A DNA stretch of 64,000 nucleotides from a virus: IMG/VR virus record IMGVR_UViG_3300045988_108820, positions 32,001 to 96,000 of that record; one strand, given 5' to 3'. This document shows positions 1 through 6,101 of the stretch, piece after piece. Position 1 is the first letter of the stretch, and each line of letters starts with the position of its first letter. The notes below the pieces were generated by a model. The model did no database searches. It was given only the letters and a program-made list of their open reading frames with translations, and was not told the origin of the DNA. A program made the position numbers and the translations under genes.

Positions 1-702
1 TTTACTTTTTTTTACTAGAATACTTTTATATGAATAATTATTTAGTATGTAAGAAAATATGTCAATAATATTTATAAGAATAACAACATCAGTTCTTGAT
101 ATATTCTTTTTATCAGCACTAAATACTTTTATAAAGTTAATACCATTTTCTTTTAATTCTACATAAATGTATTTTCCAGTAGCACCACAAGCAAATTCTT
201 GTATTGTACAAGGATGGTTATCTATATAAATTTCTTTTTTACAAAATTGGTCTATTTTTGGATCAGAAATAAGAGTAGATAAATTTATTGGCATAGACAG
301 AGATGCTTTATTTAGTCTAAAAATCTGTCTAATACATTTATTATAAAGATCTTGAATTTCTTTATTAATACGAAGAAATTCTTTTGTTAGAATATCTGTA
401 TTTTTTGGAGAACAATCATAAAAGTCTTCAATAAGTTGTAACACCTTATGAAGTTCTTCTATGGATTCTGCTTCAGGAAATGCTCCTTCAAGAGACCCTC
501 TTATACCTTTAGATTTTAGGAATTCTTTTGGGTGCTCAATTCCTACTACATCAAAGAATTTTTTATTAGTTGTATTAGGTTCATCTGAGGCTAAGAATGC
601 TGAATGTGGAATAGCAATTACATGCCCATTAACTGTTACATTGGGAAGAATTAATGTAATTTTACTTCCATTCTCTAGAGTTTTAAATTTAAAATATTTC
701 AT
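1..702 (-). CDS. hypothetical protein (partial; C-terminus lies beyond window start)
   Basis: Reverse-strand ATG at 700-702. Hand translation MKYFKFKTLENGSKITLILPNV... is stop-free down to nt 1 (234 codons). It is missing from the ORF track only because no stop codon lies inside the window. Confidence 0.7.
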   Translation of the reverse strand, partial: MKYFKFKTLENGSKITLILPNVTVNGHVIAIPHSAFLASDEPNTTNKKFFDVVGIEHPKEFLKSKGIRGSLEGAFPEAESIEELHKVLQLIEDFYDCSPKNTDILTKEFLRINKEIQDLYNKCIRQIFRLNKASLSMPINLSTLISDPKIDQFCKKEIYIDNHPCTIQEFACGATGKYIYVELKENGINFIKVFSADKKNISRTDVVILINIIDIFSYILNNYSYKSILVKKSK

Positions 703-720
703 AATCTTTTTAAATTAATT

Positions 721-1164
721 TCACCATATATCCATTCGATAATTTCGAATTGTATAATAAAGGTTTTTACATTTTAGTTTATACACATCTCCTTTAAGCC
801 ACAGTTCCTTGCTCCATTCTTTTAAAAAATCACTTTGATCCAAAGGCATAAATCTGCCAATATTTTTAAGATTGACATATCGTGTGAATTTGTATTTAAC
901 AGGATGTATTGATATCATTTCCACATAGTCAACCTCTTCAGACAATACTTTAAGTAGGTATTCACAGATACGTAAATCACGTAATACATTGTTTTCACTA
1001 GTCACGTTGTTACCACTACTCCACCATTTTATCATTTTCTGAACTTTTCTAAGTTCAAGATGATAAAAGAATGTATAATCCCATTGTCTATCATTCCAAA
1101 TTACTCTGAAATAATAGATAAGATTTCCAATTCCTTGTTTGAATTTTCTATAATATTGTTTCAT
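721..1164 (-). CDS. hypothetical protein
   Basis: ORF track 721..1206. I trimmed the start to the ATG at 1162-1164 (MKQYYRKFKQ...) because the longer form would run into tRNA-Leu at 1180-1263. Confidence 0.6.
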   Translation of the reverse strand: MKQYYRKFKQGIGNLIYYFRVIWNDRQWDYTFFYHLELRKVQKMIKWWSSGNNVTSENNVLRDLRICEYLLKVLSEEVDYVEMISIHPVKYKFTRYVNLKNIGRFMPLDQSDFLKEWSKELWLKGDVYKLKCKNLYYTIRNYRMDIW

Positions 1165-1179
1165 TGTTAATTTAATTAG

Positions 1180-1263
1180 TACAGGAAGTGGGACTTGAAC
1201 CCACACGTTCTAATGAACATCAGAGCTTAAATCTGAGGTGTCTACCAATTCCACCATTCCTGC
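1180..1263 (-). tRNA. tRNA-Leu (anticodon TAA), class II with long variable arm
   Basis: Hand fold of the reverse strand: acceptor GCAGGAA/TTCCTGT, anticodon stem TCAGA/TCTGA with loop TTTAAGC, variable arm, T arm GTGGG-TTCAAGT-CCCAC. No encoded CCA. Confidence 0.85.
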
Positions 1264-1289
1264 AATACATAAAAATAAATAATAATTTG

Positions 1290-1360
1290 AGTCATGTGTG
1301 GGAATTGAACCCACGAATCAACATTGGAAGTGTTGCATTTTACCACTAAACTAACATGAC
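1290..1360 (-). tRNA. tRNA-Gly (anticodon TCC)
   Basis: Acceptor GTCATGT/ACATGAC, D stem GTTT/AAAT, anticodon stem CAACA/TGTTG with loop CTTCCAA, T arm GTGGG-TTCAATT-CCCAC. Confidence 0.9.
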
Positions 1361-1375
1361 ATATAGTTAATAATG

Positions 1376-1406
1376 CAAAGTTAATAATAATTTTATATGT
1401 AACAAA
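1376..1406 (-). promoter_or_regulatory. Bacteroidota-type promoter (-33 TTTG, -7 TAACTTTG) for the tRNA-Gly/Leu unit
   Basis: The reverse strand reads TTTG-N19-TAACTTTG. The -7 box ends 15 nt before the tRNA-Gly 5' end, the same geometry as the promoter at 7248-7278. Confidence 0.6.
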
Positions 1407-1562
1407 GTTTTAATTGAAAAGCTTAAGTAAATAAAGTAGAAAACCACTCTATCTTCACAGACCGAGTAGTACACATCATTGAAATATTTAAAAAACAAAT
1501 GTATTAGATTTCTTTTATAACTAACATTTACACATAACTAAACTATAAATAACTTTTATTAG

Positions 1563-1633
1563 CTGATCTTATTGGAGTTGAACCAATATCTATAGTTTTG
1601 GAGACTATTGTTTTACCGTTAAACTAAAGACCA
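1563..1633 (-). tRNA. tRNA-Trp (anticodon CCA)
   Basis: Acceptor TGGTCTT/AAGATCA (one G-U pair), D stem GTTT/AAAC, anticodon stem ATAGT/ACTAT with loop CTCCAAA, T arm ATTGG-TTCAACT-CCAAT. Confidence 0.88.
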
Positions 1634-1897
1634 GTTAAATAGGACAACCACTTAACCTATTATGGTACGATAAGTTTTTTTAATTACTCGCAGGGACGTA
1701 CTTTCAACTTAAACCCCGAAGTGGAAATTTTTATTTAGTTTTTATAATAATTAGTAATAATTTCAAAATCCTTTAAATTACTATACCTGGCTTCTATAAT
1801 AGTCATGCCAAAATACTTACTGAAATGTTTAGCGATTTTAATTGTTTCATAATAATTTAATTGATTTAGTTATTAATAAATGGTTAATTGTTTTGAG

Positions 1898-1971
1898 TAC
1901 TCCTTGTAGGACTTGAACCTACGACTCCCAAGGTATAAGCTTGGTGCTCTAACCGACTGAACTAAAGGAGT
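1898..1971 (-). tRNA. tRNA-Ile (anticodon TAT, reads ATA)
   Basis: Acceptor ACTCCTT/AAGGAGT, anticodon stem CCAAG/CTTGG with loop CTTATAC, T arm GTAGG-TTCAAGT-CCTAC. Confidence 0.88.
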
Positions 1972-1978
1972 AATTATA

Positions 1979-2035
1979 AACCTCTCAAGAGTACTATTTT
2001 TAATAATTAATTTAACTATTAAAACTTGAGAGGTT
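1979..2035 (-). other. long-loop hairpin (11-bp stem AACCTCTCAAG/CTTGAGAGGTT, about 35-nt loop) between gene 2224-2418 and tRNA-Ile
   Basis: Perfect 11-bp inverted repeat seen directly in the sequence. Its function (terminator or processing signal) is unknown. Confidence 0.35.
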
Positions 2036-2223
2036 TAAGTCAAACAGAGATACAATTAATAAAAGAATTTAATAAGAATAAATTACAGCTCATCTACATC
2101 TATCTGTTGATTTTGATATTTTAAAGTAATAAAATATCTCAGGGTTACTGACTTTTATTCACTACTATTAACCCTTTTTCGCTTAAATTCTTTTATCTTT
2201 AAAACTTTAGACTATTATTTCTA

Positions 2224-2418
2224 CTAAAGGTTGTCCCAGTAATGTTCATAATTACTATTTAATTCTTTCTCAATAAGTATAGCATCTTGAAGATAAGCTT
2301 TTAAAAATTGCGAACAATCATCAAATGAATTAATATTTCCTTCAAATTCAATATTTAACCATTGTTCACAATATTTTATATCTTCTCTTTGCTTTTCTGT
2401 TGATTTAAGAAGTCTCAT
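2224..2418 (-). CDS. hypothetical protein (64 aa)
   Basis: ORF track. It follows the upstream ORF after a 5-nt gap on the same strand. Confidence 0.55.
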   Translation of the reverse strand: MRLLKSTEKQREDIKYCEQWLNIEFEGNINSFDDCSQFLKAYLQDAILIEKELNSNYEHYWDNL

Positions 2419-2423
2419 CGTAA

Positions 2424-2732
2424 TTATAATTTTAATAACCTTTTAATTTTAGTCCATAATGAGCACTTTATAGATTTACTTTGTATGCCTTTGCCTGACT
2501 TTCTATTATTATAGATAGCATTTGGACTAACTACCATAAATGAAACTTTTAATTTTGAGGGATCTTTAGAAGGAGCTAGTACTTGATACCAATGTATTCT
2601 ACAAGCAGCTTCTGTCCTATTTAGATCTTTACTTACTTCCCTAAAAGCTTTATTAATGTTTTGAGGATAGGCTTCTATAGCCTGGACTAAAACTTTGTTT
2701 TCCTCATCAGTCCAATACTTTCTTTTTGTCAT
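2424..2732 (-). CDS. Myb/SANT-like single-repeat DNA-binding protein
   Basis: YWTDEENKVLVQAIEAYPQNINKAFREVSKDLNRTEAACRIHWYQVL fits the SANT/Myb pattern W-x2-EE-x2-L...RT-x3-C-x2-(R/H)W. Confidence 0.6.
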   Translation of the reverse strand: MTKRKYWTDEENKVLVQAIEAYPQNINKAFREVSKDLNRTEAACRIHWYQVLAPSKDPSKLKVSFMVVSPNAIYNNRKSGKGIQSKSIKCSLWTKIKRLLKL

Positions 2733-2768
2733 ACTTTATTACTTTGTTTCTTGTTTTTATTTATTTTG

Positions 2769-2840
2769 TACCCCTAGTAAGACTCGAACTTACATTTCAA
2801 GTTTAGGAAACTTGAGTTCTATCCTTTGAACTATAGGAGT
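2769..2840 (-). tRNA. tRNA-Arg (anticodon CCT)
   Basis: Acceptor ACTCCTA/TAGGGGT, D stem GTTC/GAAC, anticodon stem CAAGT/ACTTG with loop TTCCTAA, T arm GTAAG-TTCGAGT-CTTAC. Confidence 0.88.
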
Positions 2841-2846
2841 TAATAG

Positions 2847-2920
2847 TCTTCCCAGTGAGACTCGAACTCACAACTTATGCTTTAGAAGAGCATTACTCTA
2901 ATCCATTGAGTTATGGGAAG
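2847..2920 (-). tRNA. tRNA-Arg (anticodon TCT)
   Basis: Acceptor CTTCCCA/TGGGAAG, D stem ACTC/GAGT, anticodon stem ATGCT/AGCAT with loop CTTCTAA, T arm GTGAG-TTCGAGT-CTCAC. Confidence 0.9.
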
Positions 2921-2923
2921 ATA

Positions 2924-3038
2924 GTGCAGAGATTAGACTAAAAAATACTTAGTGCATTCTACTATGCTATCCATTCTATTGGCACAGGAGTTTGTCACCT
3001 GTTCTCTAAGTATTAGTTTTAGAAAAGAATCTCTGCAC
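2924..3038 (-). ncRNA. candidate structured RNA: 26-bp interrupted basal rod capped by three short hairpins (cloverleaf-like four-way junction)
   Basis: Nested perfect inverted repeats: GTGCAGAGATT (2924-2934)/AATCTCTGCAC (3028-3038), CTAAAA/TTTTAG, AATACTTAG/CTAAGTATT. Apical hairpins: GCAT..ATGC, CCA..TGG, ACAGG..CCTGT. It ends 3 nt from the tRNA-Arg(TCT) 5' end. Strand is inferred only from the flanking tRNAs. Confidence 0.45.
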
Positions 3039-3169
3039 ATGGCACGTGAATTTGTAATTTATAGGCAATACTAGACCTATAAATTTTGGTTCTACCTTTT
3101 ATTGTACAATTATTTTGATAGCCTGGAATTATTTGGATTTGGTAATTATAGTATTCTATTCCACCCATG

Positions 3170-3243
3170 TGGGCTAGTAGAGGATTGAACTCTAAACCTT
3201 CACAGTATCAGTGTGATGCTCTAACCAATTGAGCTACTAGCCT
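3170..3243 (-). tRNA. tRNA-Ile (anticodon GAT)
   Basis: AGGCTAG-TA-GCTC..GAGC, anticodon stem TCACA/TGTGA with loop CTGATAC, T arm TAGAG-TTCAATC-CTCTA, 3' acceptor strand CTAGCCC. This gives an A1-C72 mismatch. Confidence 0.85.
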
Positions 3244-3265
3244 ATAATGCTATTGTTTCACAACA

Positions 3266-3309
3266 ACAGCATTAATAAAACAGTATTAACAACCAAAACA
3301 GTATTAATA
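3266..3309. repeat. three direct copies of ACAG(C/T)ATTAA(T/C)A
   Basis: Copies at 3266-3277, 3280-3291 and 3298-3309, between the stop of gene 3344-3583 and the 5' end of tRNA-Ile(GAT). Confidence 0.5.
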
Positions 3310-3343
3310 AGACAAATTAACTTTAATGAAACCTACATAGATT

Positions 3344-3583
3344 CTATTCTTTATCTATTTTAAATAATTTATTGCATAAGTTAAAGCCTGAAATTATTTT
3401 GAGTTCAGGTTCAGTTATTAATAAAGCACAAGCTAATATTAATAAAGTATCTAATACTACTGTACTTAAGAAAATAAAATATCCCTTGTCTGCTATACTA
3501 TCTATACCACATATTGAAAACCATACTACTAGTATAGTAATCCACAATAAGATACCTTTTACAATTAATTTAATTCTTTTCAT
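3344..3583 (-). CDS. small membrane protein (two predicted TM helices)
   Basis: ORF track. Hydrophobic segments IKLIVKGILLWITILVVWFSICGI and YFIFLSTVVLDTLLILACALLI. Confidence 0.6.
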   Translation of the reverse strand: MKRIKLIVKGILLWITILVVWFSICGIDSIADKGYFIFLSTVVLDTLLILACALLITEPELKIISGFNLCNKLFKIDKE

Positions 3584-3878
3584 TGCTCTTGAAGTTTAGT
3601 TCTTTGTGTATTTGTTCTTTTATTTCTTTTGAAAGATATTGTTTATAAATTTTTCCAGTCCTCTTTGATTTTTTATTTACATAGACTGCCCCACTATTAG
3701 TAATATAAATAGGGTATTTATTACCACTTTTATCTTCCCAAATATATTTAGTTTGTTGTCCTTCACTCTTTGTAGTTTGAGAAGTTACAACTTTAAAGGT
3801 ATTACCTTCTCTTGTTACTTGAGCACAGCTTGTACAGCTTAATAAAGCTATAAACAAGCAGAAAATGAACTTTTTCAT
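3570..3878 (-). CDS. putative lipoprotein
   Basis: N-terminus MKKFIFCLFIALLSCTSC carries a signal peptide and lipobox (LLS-C). Confidence 0.65.
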   Translation of the reverse strand: MKKFIFCLFIALLSCTSCAQVTREGNTFKVVTSQTTKSEGQQTKYIWEDKSGNKYPIYITNSGAVYVNKKSKRTGKIYKQYLSKEIKEQIHKELNFKSNEKN

Positions 3879-3988
3879 TGTTTATTTTGTTTATTTTGTA
3901 TTATATACTTTATAAATATTACATAAGCTAACCATAATACTGCTATTTCTATTAATCCTAATATAGATTTTTGAAGTAAATAAATCAT
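3875..3988 (-). CDS. small hydrophobic peptide (37 aa)
   Basis: Hand-found ORF MIYLLQKSILGLIEIAVLWLAYVIFIKYIIQNKQNKQ. Its TGA overlaps the next gene's ATG (ATGA coupling). Confidence 0.4.
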   Translation of the reverse strand: MIYLLQKSILGLIEIAVLWLAYVIFIKYIIQNKQNKQ

Positions 3989-4072
3989 AATTTTAATTTT
4001 TTAAATCAGTAGAAATAGTTATATATTATTATTTTTACAAAGTTCTTGCAAAGGAAAAAGATAGATTGGAAT

Positions 4073-4117
4073 GGGAAAGATGATAGTTTATAAAATTTGC
4101 TTGACTATCATCTTCCC
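4073..4117 (-). terminator. strong hairpin downstream of gene 4129-4440
   Basis: GGGAAAGATGATAGT...ACTATCATCTTCCC: 14 bp with one bulge and a 16-nt loop, starting 12 nt after the stop codon. Confidence 0.6.
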
Positions 4118-4128
4118 AATATCAAATC

Positions 4129-4440
4129 TTAGAGACCAAGGTCTACATCTTCCCAAGAGCTATTACCTGGTTTGCAAAGCTTGAAGGTTCCTGACTCAAG
4201 CTCAACAACTTGCAAGCTGTCTTTCTGAGTAGCAATTTGCTGAGGTGTAAGCTCTCCAAGGTTAGAGCTGAAAGCTACAAGAGTAGTAACACCTTCAGAA
4301 TTAACAAAGGCACAAGACTTGAAAGGTTCACCAGTTTCCCTGTTTACAAAAGGAGCAACCTTCATCTTACCATGTGCTCTTGCAAAAGAAATCAAAGACC
4401 AAGAATTCTTAATACCTACATTCTGTGCTGTATTAGCCAT
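4129..4440 (-). CDS. hypothetical 103-aa protein, paralog A of a tandem pair
   Basis: ORF track. It aligns along its full length with the ORF at 5288-5599 (for example VAFSSNLGELTP, WEDVDLGL). Visibly higher G+C than its surroundings. It has its own upstream motif and its own terminator. Confidence 0.8.
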   Translation of the reverse strand: MANTAQNVGIKNSWSLISFARAHGKMKVAPFVNRETGEPFKSCAFVNSEGVTTLVAFSSNLGELTPQQIATQKDSLQVVELESGTFKLCKPGNSSWEDVDLGL

Positions 4441-4560
4441 AATAAACTATCCATTTCAGGACTACTGCATAAATTAAAGTATTATGCTACCTAGCTGCAT
4501 TACTAAATTAGATCATCAGAGACAGCTAACTTCTGATTAATCTTTTTCTATCAAAATATA

Positions 4561-4593
4561 GGTGGAGTTCTGTTTAGATTAGAACTTAACACA
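4561..4593 (-). promoter_or_regulatory. conserved upstream motif, copy 1 (candidate phage-specific promoter)
   Basis: The plus strand reads CAAAATATAGGTGGAGTTCTGTTTAGATTAGAA. The same block recurs at 5217-5249 and 5694-5729. It lies about 120 nt upstream of the ATG at 4440. Confidence 0.45.
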
Positions 4594-4816
4594 ATATAAA
4601 CTTATCACACTAAGCTATTGTTATGATTAGATTAGTTTAGTGTTAAATTACTAACACTATTAATATGGCATAACTTTTCTATTCTATGCAATAGTTTACA
4701 TGATTTAAACCTAACAATATTGCTCTAAGAAAGAAAAGAACCAAAAGAAAGAAACTATTATTTATTATTAATTTATATATTCCTAAAAGAAAGAAATATA
4801 TAAAGAAAGAAAAGGG

Positions 4817-4851
4817 TTTAAAAATAGTGTAAAGTTTGCACTCTACACTAT
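4817..4851 (-). terminator. rho-independent-type terminator after gene 4861-5160
   Basis: The reverse strand shows ATAGTGTA-12 nt-TACACTAT followed by TTTTT. Confidence 0.6.
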
Positions 4852-4860
4852 TTGTATTTA

Positions 4861-5160
4861 TCACTCACCTTTCAAGGTTGCAATGAGTTCATTCCTTACA
4901 TAGTTTGGCATCATTATGCAAGGGAAACTATCATTAAAGCTCATAGGACTCTCTACAACATGGAGGTCAAAGAAGCCCCTAGCACTAGAAGAAATAGATA
5001 TAGGAGTATTATCTCTTATAATTCCAAATTCTTCATAAGTAAGGTCTGTCTTAGTTATTTCAAGAACATCACCTTGAAACATAATAGTATCAAAAAGATA
5101 ATTTACAAGTTCATTACATACAAACTCTATAAGTTCATCACAGCTGTTCAAGACTCTCAT
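4861..5160 (-). CDS. hypothetical 99-aa protein (middle unit of the three-gene cassette)
   Basis: ORF track 4861..5181. I prefer the ATG at 5158-5160 (MRVLNSCDELIEF...). Confidence 0.6.
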   Translation of the reverse strand: MRVLNSCDELIEFVCNELVNYLFDTIMFQGDVLEITKTDLTYEEFGIIRDNTPISISSSARGFFDLHVVESPMSFNDSFPCIMMPNYVRNELIATLKGE

Positions 5161-5216
5161 AGTAAAGTATAGTTTCCACACTAGAGCAAACTAAAAAAGC
5201 TTTAAGTTATTTATAT

Positions 5217-5249
5217 CAAATTATAGGTGGAGTGTTGTTTGATTAGATA
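5217..5249 (-). promoter_or_regulatory. conserved upstream motif, copy 2
   Basis: The plus strand reads CAAATTATAGGTGGAGTGTTGTTTGATTAGAT. It sits directly after the terminator at 5251-5278 and about 56 nt upstream of the ATG at 5160. Confidence 0.45.
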
Positions 5250-5250
5250 A

Positions 5251-5278
5251 ATAAAAAGAGAGGAGCTAAGCTCCCCTC
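5251..5278 (-). terminator. rho-independent-type terminator after gene 5288-5599
   Basis: The reverse strand shows GAGGGGAGC-TTA-GCTCCTCTC followed by TTTTTATTT. Confidence 0.7.
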
Positions 5279-5287
5279 CCATCACTC

Positions 5288-5599
5288 TCAGAGTCCAAGG
5301 TCTACATCCTCCCAAGTGTCATGACCTGCCTTGCACAACTTGAAGTGTCCATTCTCCAGCTCAACCACTTGAAGTTCATCCTTCTGTGCTGCAATCTCTG
5401 CTGGAGTTAACTCACCAAGATTGCTACTAAAGGCTACCAAAGTTGTTACTTCATCAGAGTCAATGAATACACAACTCTTGAAATGCTCTCTGGTTTGCTT
5501 GTTGATGAATGGAGCTACTTTCATTCTGCCGTGAGTTTTAGCAAATGAGATTAATGACCGTGAGTTCTTGATACCTACTTCTGTTGCTGTTGTTGCCAT
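5288..5599 (-). CDS. hypothetical 103-aa protein, paralog B of a tandem pair
   Basis: ORF track. Full-length paralog of 4129-4440, also with elevated G+C. Confidence 0.8.
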   Translation of the reverse strand: MATTATEVGIKNSRSLISFAKTHGRMKVAPFINKQTREHFKSCVFIDSDEVTTLVAFSSNLGELTPAEIAAQKDELQVVELENGHFKLCKAGHDTWEDVDLGL

Positions 5600-5693
5600 A
5601 ATTATACATTTTAAGGGTTAATAATCAAAAGTATGTAAGAGTCATGCTAAGATTAGATACCTCAGCAAAGACCCCAGGGGATTATCCCCATTT

Positions 5694-5729
5694 CCAAAAG
5701 CTGGGTGGGGTGCTGTTGTAGATTATACC
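5694..5729 (-). promoter_or_regulatory. conserved upstream motif, copy 3
   Basis: The plus strand reads CCAAAAGCTGGGTGGGGTGCTGTTGTAGATTATACC, about 94 nt upstream of the ATG at 5599. Confidence 0.4.
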
Positions 5730-5778
5730 ACACTCCTACACATCAAATAAAAAAAAATAAAAAAAATTTCAAAAAAAA

Positions 5779-5810
5779 TTTGGTAATTACAAAAATTATC
5801 TATAACTTTG
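5779..5810 (+). promoter_or_regulatory. Bacteroidota-type promoter for the plus-strand tRNA array
   Basis: TTTG (5779-5782)-N20-TAACTTTG (5803-5810), preceded by long A-tracts. Confidence 0.65.
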
Positions 5811-5949
5811 CATAGTTAATTAATAATAATAGTCCCAACTATTAATAGTAATAACACTTAATGGGGCTTTAACCTTTCTGAGAGGTTGATGTTGTTTGTT
5901 GTTTGTGTTAATTAAACCTCCTTAATCTGGGAAGATGGAAGAGGTACAT

Positions 5950-6021
5950 GGAGCCATCATCTAATGGTTAGGATACAAGATTTTCAACCTTGAAATAGGG
6001 GTTCAATTCCCCTTGGCTCTT
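5950..6021 (+). tRNA. tRNA-Glu (anticodon TTC)
   Basis: GGAGCCA-TC-ATCT..GGAT, anticodon stem CAAGA/CCTTG (A-C at its base) with loop TTTTCAA, T arm AGGGG-TTCAATT-CCCCT, 3' acceptor strand TGGCTCT. Confidence 0.85.
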
Positions 6022-6025
6022 CAAT

Positions 6026-6099
6026 AGACTATGAAGTGTAATGGTTTTGCATACCACACTGTCAATGTGGTGGATGGGGTTCAATTCCCCCATAGTCTG
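6026..6099 (+). tRNA. tRNA-Asp (anticodon GTC); folds best with an 8-bp acceptor and 4-bp T stem
   Basis: AGACTATG/CATAGTCT, D stem GTGT/GCAT, anticodon stem CCACA/TGTGG with loop CTGTCAA, T arm GGGG-TTCAATT-CCCC. Confidence 0.8.
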
Positions 6100-6101
6100 C
6101 T

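Noticed and set aside
461-718. 85-aa plus-strand ORF from the ORF track
   Set aside because: It lies entirely antisense to the stop-free minus-strand gene 1-702. Its composition is low in information and it has no plausible start context.
3040-3169. Possible additional tRNA or ncRNA between the structured RNA and tRNA-Ile(GAT)
   Set aside because: Only short features are present: the palindrome ATTGTACAAT (3101-3110) and the hairpin ATAGG..CCTAT. There is no cloverleaf and no long-range pairing comparable to 2924-3038.
4210-4494. 94-aa plus-strand ORF antisense to paralog A; the same applies to 4852-5172, antisense to the middle gene
   Set aside because: The minus-strand ORFs have a conserved paralog, their own terminators and their own upstream motifs. 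The antisense ORFs are by-products of the locally higher G+C.
4679-4864. 61-aa minus-strand ORF
   Set aside because: It is a low-complexity F/L/I-rich translation of an AT-rich intergenic region, and it runs through the terminator hairpin at 4817-4851.
4561-5729. Interpreting the three conserved upstream blocks as ordinary Bacteroidota sigma-A promoters
   Set aside because: The TTTG at their 3' end is not preceded by TA at the right spacing (one T too many, one too few, or no TA at all), and there is no TTG about 20 nt upstream. This contrasts with the ten clean TTG-N19-20-TAnnTTTG sites elsewhere in the window.
5867-5883. Hairpin AACCT-TTCTGAG-AGGTT as the anticodon arm of an extra (CTG) tRNA
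   Set aside because: The flanks contain no acceptor stem, D arm or GTTCRANNC T arm.
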